Shown here piece by piece: positions 54,981-64,000 of a stretch of DNA of 64,000 nucleotides. Within the stretch, counting starts at the first letter, position 1; every line of letters begins with the position of its first letter. The stretch is from IMG/VR virus record IMGVR_UViG_3300023184_000028, positions 118,551-182,550 of that record; one strand, given 5' to 3'. The translations under genes and the position numbers were made by a program. The notes beneath the pieces were generated by a model. It was not told the DNA's origin. It saw only the letters and a program-made list of their open reading frames with translations, and made no database searches. The stretch is from a virus. Taxonomy: Duplodnaviria > Heunggongvirae > Uroviricota > Caudoviricetes.

Positions 54981-56672
54981 ATGGAAGAATTATTTAAAAA
55001 AAAATACGAGACATTTAGTACAATATATCATAAGGATTTTTGTGACCTACCGGAAAAAATTAGAAGAATTAAAGGTCATAAACCTGAGTTAGATGTTATT
55101 ACTGACGACTCTTTTGGATATTGTGAAAAACCTTTAGGTAGCGAAAAACACCCACAATTTAATTATAGTCATTCAACGGATACAGAAGAAGATTTTGAGA
55201 AGAATTATGGTAATCCTTTGTGTACTGTTAGTGTCACTAGAATGACTCTTGTGGTTGAGAAAAATGAGGAAAAGGTATCTTTAAAGTTATATTGGTTTGG
55301 TAAAGTAAGACAAGCGGGAAAAGTGTATTTCGCAAAAAGTACAATGTTGTATTTTGTTACTTACAGTTATAAGACTAATGATTTATATTCTGGTACCATT
55401 AGAAACTCATTTAAGAAACGTAAATTTATTAGCAGATTAAGAAAAAACTATTTTGCATCAAAACCTGTTAGTATATTACATGCTAATTTTCATAATAATT
55501 TTAGTCATTTTAAGAAAAATCTGAAACTGAATGAAACCTCTTTGGATGTTTGGTTACCGGCAATTAATGCTTTCACTAATAATATACCAAACTATAAGTT
55601 TGATTTTATGTTAAATACGGATGAGAATTTGTATCAACATTATATGATAACGAGGGGAATTAAATACCCTGATAATTTTACCACCTTTATTGGAATGGTT
55701 CCGTTGGCTAGTAAGAGGGTATTAAAAAAGTGTGGATATAAGTTGGTGGAATCGTTTATGATGAACAATAAACTAACAGGTGATAAAATCAGAAGAGTAT
55801 TACAAAAGGCGGAATTTATTAATGAAAAATTTTACAAACAGGTTGAGGGGTTTTTTGGTGAAAAGTTTTTGAGACATCAGAGTGATGAGGTATTAAAATC
55901 TATATTTGAATTTAAGCATGGGTATCAGATACCAAGTGATAACAACCTGATGAGTGAGACGGAAAAGAAAAATGCTTTTGAGGTTTTTAAGTCGGTAATA
56001 AATCGTGTGGGTACTTTACAAACATTTATAGACCATATTAATTTTTATGTGTTATTAAGACAATTTGAAGTTATAAGATGGAGGTCAAATAATGTTAGTT
56101 CCTTTAATAAGGAACATAGCCAATGGAGTGATAAGTGGTCTCATTACACCACCGGAACTTACACAAGGTACTATTCGGATACCTTCGTTAATGGTATTCA
56201 AGAAAAGATTACAAATAATAATGGTGTTGAGTATTACCCTGTGGTACTAACCAAATCATCCGAGTATAACATGGAATCTGGTATGCAAAGTAATTGTGTT
56301 AAAACCTACATAAATCGGGCAGAGTCACTTATAATTTCATTAAGGGAAGGTTCGGAATACTCAACAGAAAGAGCGACATTGGAATATAAAATTAAGAAGG
56401 GGAATAAGAATAATGTGGTAATACAAAGAGGTCAAAGTTTGGGTAGATTTAATCAATCCTTAACAGATAAATGGAATACGGTATTAATTGAATTGGATAA
56501 GAAAGTTGATAAGATGATTAAAGAGTTTAAGCTACCAAAGGTTAAAGTTGAGGTGGGTAATAACACAATTGAATCTGAAAGTGATTTTATTAAAGACAAT
56601 TATTTAGATTGGGTTAGTCAATATATTAATAATTTTAAATCAAATTATGGTATACTGAATTTGGATTTATAA
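54981..56672 (+). CDS. Hypothetical protein (563 aa; start revised to ATG 54981)
   Basis: The ORF-track N-terminus (54915-54980) contains the upstream terminator hairpin and a -7 TATCTTTG box; MEELFKKK is the likely start. Confidence 0.6.
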   Translation: MEELFKKKYETFSTIYHKDFCDLPEKIRRIKGHKPELDVITDDSFGYCEKPLGSEKHPQFNYSHSTDTEEDFEKNYGNPLCTVSVTRMTLVVEKNEEKVSLKLYWFGKVRQAGKVYFAKSTMLYFVTYSYKTNDLYSGTIRNSFKKRKFISRLRKNYFASKPVSILHANFHNNFSHFKKNLKLNETSLDVWLPAINAFTNNIPNYKFDFMLNTDENLYQHYMITRGIKYPDNFTTFIGMVPLASKRVLKKCGYKLVESFMMNNKLTGDKIRRVLQKAEFINEKFYKQVEGFFGEKFLRHQSDEVLKSIFEFKHGYQIPSDNNLMSETEKKNAFEVFKSVINRVGTLQTFIDHINFYVLLRQFEVIRWRSNNVSSFNKEHSQWSDKWSHYTTGTYTRYYSDTFVNGIQEKITNNNGVEYYPVVLTKSSEYNMESGMQSNCVKTYINRAESLIISLREGSEYSTERATLEYKIKKGNKNNVVIQRGQSLGRFNQSLTDKWNTVLIELDKKVDKMIKEFKLPKVKVEVGNNTIESESDFIKDNYLDWVSQYINNFKSNYGILNLDL

Positions 56673-56690
56673 AACCAGATACTTATAATT

Positions 56691-57026
56691 ATGGCGGAGA
56701 GGTTTATGAAGTTAAATAGTTTTTTGGAGACGCTAAAGGGGGATATTTATTCCGTAATGGACATTGATTTTTCAGTGGACTTAATGACACCTGTCAATTT
56801 ACTGAATAATGAGAAGTTTGAGGCGAGGTATAAACCTATTTATCTTAACTCAAAATATGGAAAGGAAATATATCATATTGAAGGTATATTTTTACATACA
56901 TCAGGATTCTATGTTTATTTGAGTAGGTTTGATGGTGAAGTGTCATTTAACATAAAAGTTATTTATAAAGTAGAACAATACGAAGAAATAAAAATTTATA
57001 TAAACAGTTTAAAAAAATTAAAATAA
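56691..57026 (+). CDS. Hypothetical protein (111 aa)
   Basis: ORF. Confidence 0.5.
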   Translation: MAERFMKLNSFLETLKGDIYSVMDIDFSVDLMTPVNLLNNEKFEARYKPIYLNSKYGKEIYHIEGIFLHTSGFYVYLSRFDGEVSFNIKVIYKVEQYEEIKIYINSLKKLK

Positions 57027-57027
57027 G

Positions 57028-57345
57028 ATGGAGATTACAGCAACTGAATTAAGACAAAAAATTAAAAATGGTGAAAAAATGGTCATTGACTTTTGGGCTA
57101 GCTGGTGCGGGCCTTGTAAAGCAATGAAACCAATGTTTGAGCAAGCGAGTAAAACACTTAAAGAACAAAACTCTGATGTTAATTTGTATACATTAAACAT
57201 TGAGAATGATAGAGAATTGATTTCTGAATTAGGAATTCGTAGCGTACCAACAATTAAAGGATTTTCTGCGGGTAAAGAAGTATTAAGTGAAGTTGGTTTA
57301 AGACAAACAAACGCAATAATGGATTTAAGTAAAAAAGTTATTTAA
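57028..57345 (+). CDS. trxA: Thioredoxin
   Basis: WASWCGPCK active-site motif; thioredoxin-fold length. Confidence 0.9.
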   Translation: MEITATELRQKIKNGEKMVIDFWASWCGPCKAMKPMFEQASKTLKEQNSDVNLYTLNIENDRELISELGIRSVPTIKGFSAGKEVLSEVGLRQTNAIMDLSKKVI

Positions 57346-57346
57346 C

Positions 57347-57646
57347 ATGGTGGAACAATTAATCATTTTATATACGATGAAAGGATGTCCCTTTTGTGTG
57401 ATGATGAAAGAACAACTTGAATCACAAAATATCCCTTTTATAGTAAGGGATATTGATAAAGAAAAAGAGGAATATGATTTATTTGTTGAAGCAGTTGATG
57501 GTAATGAATTTGTTCCGGCTTTCATGATTGTTGAAACCGACGGAGAAAAACACAAAACAAAATTCTTTGCTCCCGAAAGAGATTATAATGAAATTGAAGA
57601 TGGTGTTAATATCATCAAAGAACATTATGAAAGATTTACACTCTAA
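57347..57646 (+). CDS. Glutaredoxin-like protein (NrdH/T4 NrdC-like)
   Basis: LYTMKGCPFCVMMK CPFC active site. Confidence 0.8.
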   Translation: MVEQLIILYTMKGCPFCVMMKEQLESQNIPFIVRDIDKEKEEYDLFVEAVDGNEFVPAFMIVETDGEKHKTKFFAPERDYNEIEDGVNIIKEHYERFTL

Positions 57647-58473
57647 AATATAGTTAAATCTACAGGATTTACATCTTTAACCAACCAAGGCTTACTTTCG
57701 GTTGGTTTTTTTATGTCATCACATATGTCATAATCTTCCATATTTTTATTAAACAATTCAAAATTAAAATCAAAAATATCTAATACCATTGATTTTATCT
57801 GTTGATTAGATAAAAATGATTTATGACAATCAATTATAATGTCTTGTTCGTCATTGCTATCAATATTTGTTGTTAAAAGGATTGATAATTTATTACATAT
57901 AACCGATGATAGGATATTGTGTGCAATGTATTCAGAATAGTATAAAAGTGTTCTACCCATAGAATAACTATAACCATGTGGGAATTCAGATGTTATTTGT
58001 AATGGTGATTGATAAAATCCTCTAACTAATGATTTATAACCTCTTTTTGTTTCATAGGTGAAATCATATTCGTAGTTAACGGAATATAAGTAATTTTCTG
58101 AGAATTTATATTCCGTTAAAATTGGATGATATAAATTTCTTTCTGAATCGTAAAAATCACACTCAACTGAGGTTTCTTTTTCAATTTTGTCATCGTACTT
58201 AATTAAGTCCATAATACTTAAATTCTCACCATATCCAACGTTCTTGAGTAAGTCCTGATATTCAGAAATAAACTCATCCTTGACCACAGAAAGGTCTAAT
58301 ATGGTGGTTGTATTTGTTATACCATTGACAATAAAGAAATGGTTAAAATCCGTCACCTGTATAATGGTTTCAGATTGTTTATCAAATCTTTTGAGTATGT
58401 AATCGGCAAATAAGTTTACAACGCCTTTTTTAGAATTTAAATTAATTAATTTCATTATCTGTATTTTTCTCAA
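57643..58473 (-). CDS. Hypothetical protein (276 aa), minus-strand island
   Basis: Long minus ORF; converges on and overlaps the glutaredoxin gene by 4 nt. Confidence 0.6.
   Translation of the reverse strand: MRKIQIMKLINLNSKKGVVNLFADYILKRFDKQSETIIQVTDFNHFFIVNGITNTTTILDLSVVKDEFISEYQDLLKNVGYGENLSIMDLIKYDDKIEKETSVECDFYDSERNLYHPILTEYKFSENYLYSVNYEYDFTYETKRGYKSLVRGFYQSPLQITSEFPHGYSYSMGRTLLYYSEYIAHNILSSVICNKLSILLTTNIDSNDEQDIIIDCHKSFLSNQQIKSMVLDIFDFNFELFNKNMEDYDICDDIKKPTESKPWLVKDVNPVDLTIF
57679..57712 (+). terminator. Terminator-like hairpin after glutaredoxin, located inside the convergent minus-strand ORF
   Basis: AACCAACC-13 nt loop-GGTTGGTT followed by TTTTTT. Confidence 0.45.
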
Positions 58474-58496
58474 GAATAGAAAAACGATATGAAATG

Positions 58497-59330
58497 TTAA
58501 ATAGATTTTTCTAAGTTTTCTTTAATATTTTGAACTTCAGCATGAAGAGTTGATAAAAATCTCTTCCAAATAGTGGGGTCGTATTTTTTAATAAGTTCAA
58601 TATATCCAATGTAATAGGGTGGTTTATTATGTTTTGGAGTAAATTCTGATGTTTGTGGATATTCTATAATCATATCCTGAAGTAGTTTTGCAATTTTAGT
58701 ATCCTGAGGAACTAATCCTGACATTCCTTCTAAAATATCATAAGATAATTTAGATAACGGGATTCCTTTGGCAAAGTATTCTAAAATATTATCAGCGGAT
58801 TTAATTAAATATTTTAAGTTATCTACATTCTTAAGTCTTTTCTTTCTTAGCTGAAATTCGTTTCTTAAACCCTCAATGAATTCGTTTGTACTGGCCCTGA
58901 ACTCAATAGGATGTGCCCAGTATTTTTCATCAATCTCAGGGTCATAATCTTTCCAATACTTTTCAGTGTACTTGGTTGTATAACCTGGGTCAGTCGCATG
59001 CATTATTTCGTGATATAGAGTAAGGTATAAATTCTTTTTACTTGTGATTTTACTTGGGTTGAGAGTTAAAATAAAATCATTAGGGTCTTTACTATCTTCC
59101 ACTTTTTGGTCTAACAATCCAAAATACTCCAATTCTGGGTCAACAGCAATCTCAACAGTACCAGGAGTACCATCCTGAACAACTATTGGTATGGAGGTTA
59201 TGGGTGTATATGACTTAAATCCTGTGTTTCTTTTTTTATAAATGATATCGGCAACTCTATGTATTAGAGCGTTCACTTCAGGTTCTAACTTAATTCTTTT
59301 ACCTTCGCTAACGATATTCAGTAGTTTCAT
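58497..59330 (-). CDS. Putative zinc metallopeptidase (HExxH: LYHEIMHATDP)
   Basis: Single HEIMH motif in a 277-aa minus-strand ORF. Confidence 0.55.
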   Translation of the reverse strand: MKLLNIVSEGKRIKLEPEVNALIHRVADIIYKKRNTGFKSYTPITSIPIVVQDGTPGTVEIAVDPELEYFGLLDQKVEDSKDPNDFILTLNPSKITSKKNLYLTLYHEIMHATDPGYTTKYTEKYWKDYDPEIDEKYWAHPIEFRASTNEFIEGLRNEFQLRKKRLKNVDNLKYLIKSADNILEYFAKGIPLSKLSYDILEGMSGLVPQDTKIAKLLQDMIIEYPQTSEFTPKHNKPPYYIGYIELIKKYDPTIWKRFLSTLHAEVQNIKENLEKSI

Positions 59331-59400
59331 TATCTATAAATATTAAAAAAAGGGAAAAGCATACTTCTCCCTTTTACTAACTTAAATTGATTTAGTTGTA

Positions 59401-59556
59401 TTAGTTTTTCTTAACAGTATAATACTTTTCAATTACTTTTTTAATAGTTTCTTGAACGTTATTATTTGTTTGTTGAGTTTGTTGGTTTGGTTGAGGAGCC
59501 TGCTGAGGTTTAGGGGCTTGACTCTCATTTGCTTTATTTTTACATCCGCATCCCAT
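59401..59556 (-). CDS. Small Q/P-rich peptide (51 aa, MGCGCKNK...)
   Basis: Minus ORF found by eye upstream of the HExxH gene. Confidence 0.3.
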   Translation of the reverse strand: MGCGCKNKANESQAPKPQQAPQPNQQTQQTNNNVQETIKKVIEKYYTVKKN

Positions 59557-59668
59557 TGTTAAATTATTTAAAGGTTCGTTTATTAGATTATTTATATAAA
59601 TATCTCCAAAAAAACAATATTGTAAATAATTTGGTTTAATTTTGTTTAAAACTTTATATTTATAGGTA

Positions 59669-61060
59669 ATGAAAAAAGTGATTAAATTAAAAGAAAGTGA
59701 TATACATAATATAGTTAGTATTCTATTGGAACAGGATGATGATGAGTGGGTTAAAGTTAGTCCCGAAAGATATCTTGAGTTAATGCAGTATGCAGGTTAT
59801 TATGCTCCTGGTATTGCCAATCTACCGGAGTTCAGAGGTAAGAATATATGGATTACAGGTAATCTTAATATAAGCTCAACACCAACCAAATCTTTAGATG
59901 GTGTTAAACGTGTTGATGGTAGATTAGATATTGGAGGTACGGAAATATCAAGTATTGAAGGTATAAATGTCACAGGGTATGTGAATGATTGGAATACACC
60001 ATTAAGTAGGGCTAAAGCAAAAAAAATTAAGGATAAGAAGATTGCAGACGCTAATGTTAGGAGAGAAGATGATGAGTGGAGATTGGATACGGGATATGGT
60101 AAGGCGGATGACGTTGCTTACGGGGCACATGCGGTTTTAGAGTATATTACAGATAATCATCGTAATAGTATTGAGATGATGACAGATAATGATTCCAAAA
60201 GATTAGTTGAGTTAAACGAATTATTGGAGAATCTGAGACAGAAAGAAACTGAATATGAAGAACAGGGTAGGGATTTAACTGATGTTCATGCGGATATAGA
60301 TGTGGCTGAAGATGAGATTGAGGAGATTGGAAATAAAATGGATATATACCATTTGATACCTGATGGAAGACATTTTGGAATGCCAAGATTTGAGGTTATT
60401 GGTATTGATGAAGTGGATGGTGAAGTATATTGTGCGGGAACGCCAGGTGAAATGGAAGATGCGGCATATGACTATGTTAAAGACCAAATTAGTAGTGATG
60501 GTTATGGTAATTTTAACTCTAGTTTTGTTCAGGACCATATAGATGAGGATGAGGTTGTTGACTATTTTAGGGATGTATATGAGAATGATGTAAGAGATAG
60601 TCCAGATAGTTATTTTAGTGAAGGTGACTATAAGTTATCTGACGAACAAGAAGCAAGGATTGATGAGATTAATACTGAGATTGAGGAATTAGAGGAAAGA
60701 CAAAGTAATATAGAAAATGAGGTTGAGGAACCCGATGAATTAAGCCGACTATATGATGAAATCCAAGACCAAATTGATGCACTTGAAAGTGAAAGAGATA
60801 AAATTGAGAGTGATGCTCAAGAAGTTACGGAAGAAATGATTGAGGAAAAGGTTGATGATTTACTTGATGATGTTAGAAGAGACCCGATAAATGCATTACA
60901 AAACTTTGGAATTGATGATTATGATAATTTTATTAATGAAAGAGATTTCATTGAGGCGGTTGTTGAGGCGGATGGTATCGGTATTATTAATAGTTATGAT
61001 GGTTCATATGACACTTACTATGTAAATGGCGAGGAATATTATGTAATGAGAATAGAATAA
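59669..61060 (+). CDS. Acidic protein with N-terminal LRR-like segment (463 aa)
   Basis: LPEFRGKNIWITGNLNISSTPTKSLDGVKRVDGRLDIGGTEISSIEGINVTGY. Very D/E-rich C-terminal half. Confidence 0.65.
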   Translation: MKKVIKLKESDIHNIVSILLEQDDDEWVKVSPERYLELMQYAGYYAPGIANLPEFRGKNIWITGNLNISSTPTKSLDGVKRVDGRLDIGGTEISSIEGINVTGYVNDWNTPLSRAKAKKIKDKKIADANVRREDDEWRLDTGYGKADDVAYGAHAVLEYITDNHRNSIEMMTDNDSKRLVELNELLENLRQKETEYEEQGRDLTDVHADIDVAEDEIEEIGNKMDIYHLIPDGRHFGMPRFEVIGIDEVDGEVYCAGTPGEMEDAAYDYVKDQISSDGYGNFNSSFVQDHIDEDEVVDYFRDVYENDVRDSPDSYFSEGDYKLSDEQEARIDEINTEIEELEERQSNIENEVEEPDELSRLYDEIQDQIDALESERDKIESDAQEVTEEMIEEKVDDLLDDVRRDPINALQNFGIDDYDNFINERDFIEAVVEADGIGIINSYDGSYDTYYVNGEEYYVMRIE

Positions 61061-61105
61061 CTACAACTTTATATATAATCTATTATATTTTAGAAAACGG
61101 TATGA

Positions 61106-61885
61106 ATGGAGATTACAGAAAACATAGAAAGCAAAGTAAAATTTATGATGGAAACCGATTGGGTGTTCCAAGAACCAATTGATTTTGAGCATAAGAAGTA
61201 TGTCCTATTGGCTTATTTTAAGAAGGTAGATGATTTATTATTACAGAATAAAATATATCCAACATTTATTGAGTTATCATTGCATCTAGCAAGTTTACAA
61301 ACCTTAGTGAAAGAGAAAGTTATATTATCTACAAATAAGACATTCTTATCTTGTGATGACGAGGTATTATTGAAAGAATTAACTGCTAAATCAATACCTG
61401 AATTAAATACCGATGAAAAAATAGAACTTCAGAAAATAGTTCATCATAGTGCAACACAGTTTTTAGATTATTTTAGTGTGGTTAAATCATATTGGGCAAC
61501 AATATACGAGTCCATAGATATGACAATTAAAAGGAATAGAAAGTATTTAACCAAACCAAAAGGTTATATTGTTTATACTCATACAAATCATAATCATATT
61601 CATGTTTGGGAATATCAAATAAATGAACTAGCACCAAATATTGATGAATATAATATTAAAATTAATTTGATATACGAAGGTAATAAGAAAGAATTATCAC
61701 TAAATAAGGTTATTGAAGAATATTCATCATTCACAGAGAGAGAAAGTAAAATCGCACCTGTATTTGATTTTAAGTCCACAAAGGAATATCCAATTGATGA
61801 AACATTACTACCACTATTTAAGAGGAGGTTATTAGCACATATCTACCAAAGCAAAAAGGTTGTGCCCGTAAAAAAATTAAACTAA
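61106..61885 (+). CDS. Hypothetical protein (259 aa)
   Basis: ORF. Confidence 0.6.
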   Translation: MEITENIESKVKFMMETDWVFQEPIDFEHKKYVLLAYFKKVDDLLLQNKIYPTFIELSLHLASLQTLVKEKVILSTNKTFLSCDDEVLLKELTAKSIPELNTDEKIELQKIVHHSATQFLDYFSVVKSYWATIYESIDMTIKRNRKYLTKPKGYIVYTHTNHNHIHVWEYQINELAPNIDEYNIKINLIYEGNKKELSLNKVIEEYSSFTERESKIAPVFDFKSTKEYPIDETLLPLFKRRLLAHIYQSKKVVPVKKLN

Positions 61886-61923
61886 CTACTTTGATTTACC
61901 AAAAATAGTTTTTATATTTTGGT

Positions 61924-62115
61924 ATGGGATTTCACAAAAGAATAATTGATAAAGAAATTATACTCAAATATCTTGAGTTAAAGAAACCATTGAAGGATTT
62001 ATTCAGGGCAGACGCAATAGTTTTTGACGGTAATATAGCGTCAAAAGTATATGAACTACACGAACAAGGATTAACAGATAATCAAATTAAAATAATAATT
62101 AATGAAGACAATTAG
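61924..62115 (+). CDS. Small hypothetical protein (63 aa)
   Basis: ORF. Confidence 0.4.
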   Translation: MGFHKRIIDKEIILKYLELKKPLKDLFRADAIVFDGNIASKVYELHEQGLTDNQIKIIINEDN

Positions 62116-62332
62116 AAACAAAAAGAGTGGAGAAATCCAAAGAGTTGAAGACAAAATTGCTAACAACATGGTAGGAAATAGTTGGGAGTATTGTCCAAAG
62201 TCAGAATACAAAAAGAACAGAGAAGTACCAACTCATAAACAAAAGGTTGATGATTCCAAAAAGGAAAAAACAGTTTCCAAGAAACAAGAATCAAGAATGA
62301 AAATAAAAGAAAAACAAAGACAATATGAGTAA
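62102..62332 (+). CDS. Small basic protein (76 aa)
   Basis: ORF. Confidence 0.4.
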   Translation: MKTIRNKKSGEIQRVEDKIANNMVGNSWEYCPKSEYKKNREVPTHKQKVDDSKKEKTVSKKQESRMKIKEKQRQYE

Positions 62333-62558
62333 AGAAATGGTATCTCATCCCAATCATTATGGGGGTGCTGAAAATCAATATGAAGTCATAAAAGTTTGTG
62401 AAGCTTGGGGTATGGATAAAGACGCTTATCTATTTAATGTCATCAAGTATGTTGCGAGGGCGGGAAAAAAAGATGAGGCAAAAGAATTGGAAGACTTAAA
62501 GAAAGCTGCGTTCTATTTATATCGTAAAATTAAAAACTTAGAAGGAAATGGAAATTGA
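62325..62558 (+). CDS. Small hypothetical protein (77 aa)
   Basis: ORF. Confidence 0.45.
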   Translation: MSKEMVSHPNHYGGAENQYEVIKVCEAWGMDKDAYLFNVIKYVARAGKKDEAKELEDLKKAAFYLYRKIKNLEGNGN

Positions 62559-62841
62559 TTTAGATGAAATGGCCGAAGGTGCCGTATTATTAGATGGATT
62601 AGAAACTGCCATCATAGGAATTGTAGAAGAATTTGGTAATGGGCATAGAGTATTATACTCTAAAGATATTATTATTGATATTCTTTGTCGTAGAGATGAA
62701 ATGACCGAAGAAGAAGCTGAAGAGTTCTATAGTTTTAATATACTTGGATTACATGCTGGCGAGCAGAACGCAGTGTTTTTAACAACTAAACTATTACCAT
62801 TCAGGAATCCTGAAGATAAAATGGAGTACCACATATTATGA
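62548..62841 (+). CDS. Small hypothetical protein (97 aa)
   Basis: ORF. Confidence 0.45.
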   Translation: MEIDLDEMAEGAVLLDGLETAIIGIVEEFGNGHRVLYSKDIIIDILCRRDEMTEEEAEEFYSFNILGLHAGEQNAVFLTTKLLPFRNPEDKMEYHIL

Positions 62842-63689
62842 TAGAGACAAACAAAATAATAAATGGTGATTGTATTGATGTGATGTCAACAATGCCTGAG
62901 GGGTGTATTGATTTAATTGTCACGTCACCACCCTACGGAGTAGGAATCAATTATGATACTCACGATGATGACATGGAGTTCAGTGATTATAAAGAATTTA
63001 GTAAAGATTGGTTAACCCAAGCTTATAAGGTTCTTAAAGATGATGGTAGAATTGCGGTAAACATCCCATATGAAATCAACAGACAATCAAAAGGAGGTAG
63101 AATCTTTATGGTTGCTGAGATGTGGAAGATAATGCAAGATATAGGGTTTGGATTTTTCGGGGTAGTTGATTTAGAAGAAGATAGTCCCCACAGAAGTAAG
63201 ACCACGGCTTGGGGTTCTTGGATGAGTCCATCATCACCATATATCTATAATCCAAAGGAATGTGTTATTCTTGCTTACAAGAAACAACATATTAAGAAAG
63301 TTAAGGGTGTCCCACAATGGGTCGGTGTTCCTACGGATATTGAAATGGAAGATGGTACAACCAAGAAGAAAGTTGTTTATCAGGATGATGATAAGAAAGA
63401 CTTTATGGAGTTAGTATTCGGTCAGTGGAAGTATCTTAATGATACCAAACAAATGACTAAAGCAACGTTCTCAATGGATATTCCTACCAAAGCAATAAAG
63501 ATACTCACTTATAAAAATGATATAGTCCTTGACCCATTTGCAGGTAGTGGAACAAGTTTGGTTGCTGCGGAAGTATTGGACAGACGATGGATAGGTATTG
63601 AATTATCACCGAACTATACGGAGGTTGCAAGAAAACGGGTTAATTTGTTTGTAGAACAGAAAAAACAAACGGAATTAGAATTAAATTAA
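62838..63689 (+). CDS. Beta-class amino-DNA methyltransferase with SPPY motif (N4-cytosine or N6-adenine)
   Basis: NGDCIDVM...IDLIVTSPPYGVGINYD (motif IV first). C-terminal LDPFAGSGTSLVAA (motif I FxGxG). Permuted beta-class order. Confidence 0.85.
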   Translation: MIETNKIINGDCIDVMSTMPEGCIDLIVTSPPYGVGINYDTHDDDMEFSDYKEFSKDWLTQAYKVLKDDGRIAVNIPYEINRQSKGGRIFMVAEMWKIMQDIGFGFFGVVDLEEDSPHRSKTTAWGSWMSPSSPYIYNPKECVILAYKKQHIKKVKGVPQWVGVPTDIEMEDGTTKKKVVYQDDDKKDFMELVFGQWKYLNDTKQMTKATFSMDIPTKAIKILTYKNDIVLDPFAGSGTSLVAAEVLDRRWIGIELSPNYTEVARKRVNLFVEQKKQTELELN

Positions 63690-63712
63690 GAGGTTTTTAC
63701 CTCTTTTTTTGT
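63688..63712 (+). terminator. Rho-independent terminator after the methyltransferase
   Basis: AAGAGGT-tttt-ACCTCTT followed by TTTTTTTG. Confidence 0.65.
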
Positions 63713-63740
63713 TTTATAGATATTTATAAATAAAATAATT

Positions 63741-64000
63741 ATGAATAAAAGAATATTAGTATCACAAGAAGAAAAAAACTCAATATTGAGTATGCACGAA
63801 TCTTTTAAGAATAGAGGAGTTATTAAAGAAGATGAAATGGCTGATATGTCGGCTAAAAAATGTACTGTTAAAGTAACTAAAAAATTCACAGTAAGAACTT
63901 TGGATACTGGGGCAACAGTAAATGGTAAAAACATTACTAAAGGAATGACTTTAAATCCAGGTGATACCGTATCATTGATATCAGGTAAAAGTATTTATAG
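63741..64000 (+). CDS. Hypothetical protein, 3'-truncated at window end
   Basis: ORF open to nt 64000. Confidence 0.5.
   Translation, partial: MNKRILVSQEEKNSILSMHESFKNRGVIKEDEMADMSAKKCTVKVTKKFTVRTLDTGATVNGKNITKGMTLNPGDTVSLISGKSIY

Noticed and set aside
63686-63934. 82-aa minus-strand ORF overlapping the last plus-strand gene
   Set aside because: Antisense to a well-formed plus-strand ORF with no start context of its own; likely compositional. The same judgement applies to the other short minus ORFs in the track (7461, 8272, 11857, 16444, 22113, 23781, 24084, 26236, 27064, 31601-32282, 32836, 34787, 37864, 38231, 38892, 39453, 39873, 41568, 42313, 44357, 44493, 49112, 50611, 51226, 51475, 51890, 52345, 53308, 54706, 57018, 57325, 60147, 60275, 62160, 63023).

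Overview
Very AT-rich (~30% GC), densely packed, almost entirely plus-strand coding region. I read it as a segment of a large virulent tailed phage, T4-like in gene content, infecting a Bacteroidetes (Flavobacteriia-type) host. Two things support the host call: (i) SprB-type adhesin repeats and Pro/Thr-rich linkers in several large fibre-like proteins, and (ii) eight intergenic promoters matching the Bacteroidetes sigma-A architecture (-33 TTTG, 19-20 nt spacer, -7 TAnnTTTG). Layout: nt 1-25910 is a structural/tail-fibre block. It opens with a 5'-truncated structural gene, followed by a 1761-aa protein with an internal transmembrane cluster, several N/S/T/Y-rich virion proteins, and SprB-repeat/LRR/PT-linker fibre proteins. 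From nt 25939 onward the window holds replication/recombination and accessory genes: RuvC-like resolvase, zinc-ribbon/Toprim primase, SbcD- and SbcC-like nuclease pair, sigma-70 family factor, DnaJ, Dam-like and SPPY-type DNA methyltransferases, thioredoxin, glutaredoxin, SPFH/band-7 membrane protein, amidase-type endolysin, DUF932-like protein, LRR proteins, and many small ORFs. The most unusual locus is nt 29495-30064, a GC-rich island. It holds two tRNA-like structured RNAs (canonical acceptor stem plus T-arm but no anticodon arm, 106 and 134 nt), each followed within ~15 nt by a paralogous ~30-aa hydrophobic peptide gene; a third peptide gene lies between them. Rho-independent terminators, tandem coding repeats, a minus-strand three-gene island with an HExxH protein, and a candidate late-promoter motif are also recorded. 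All functional calls are from motif recognition by eye; no database search was possible.
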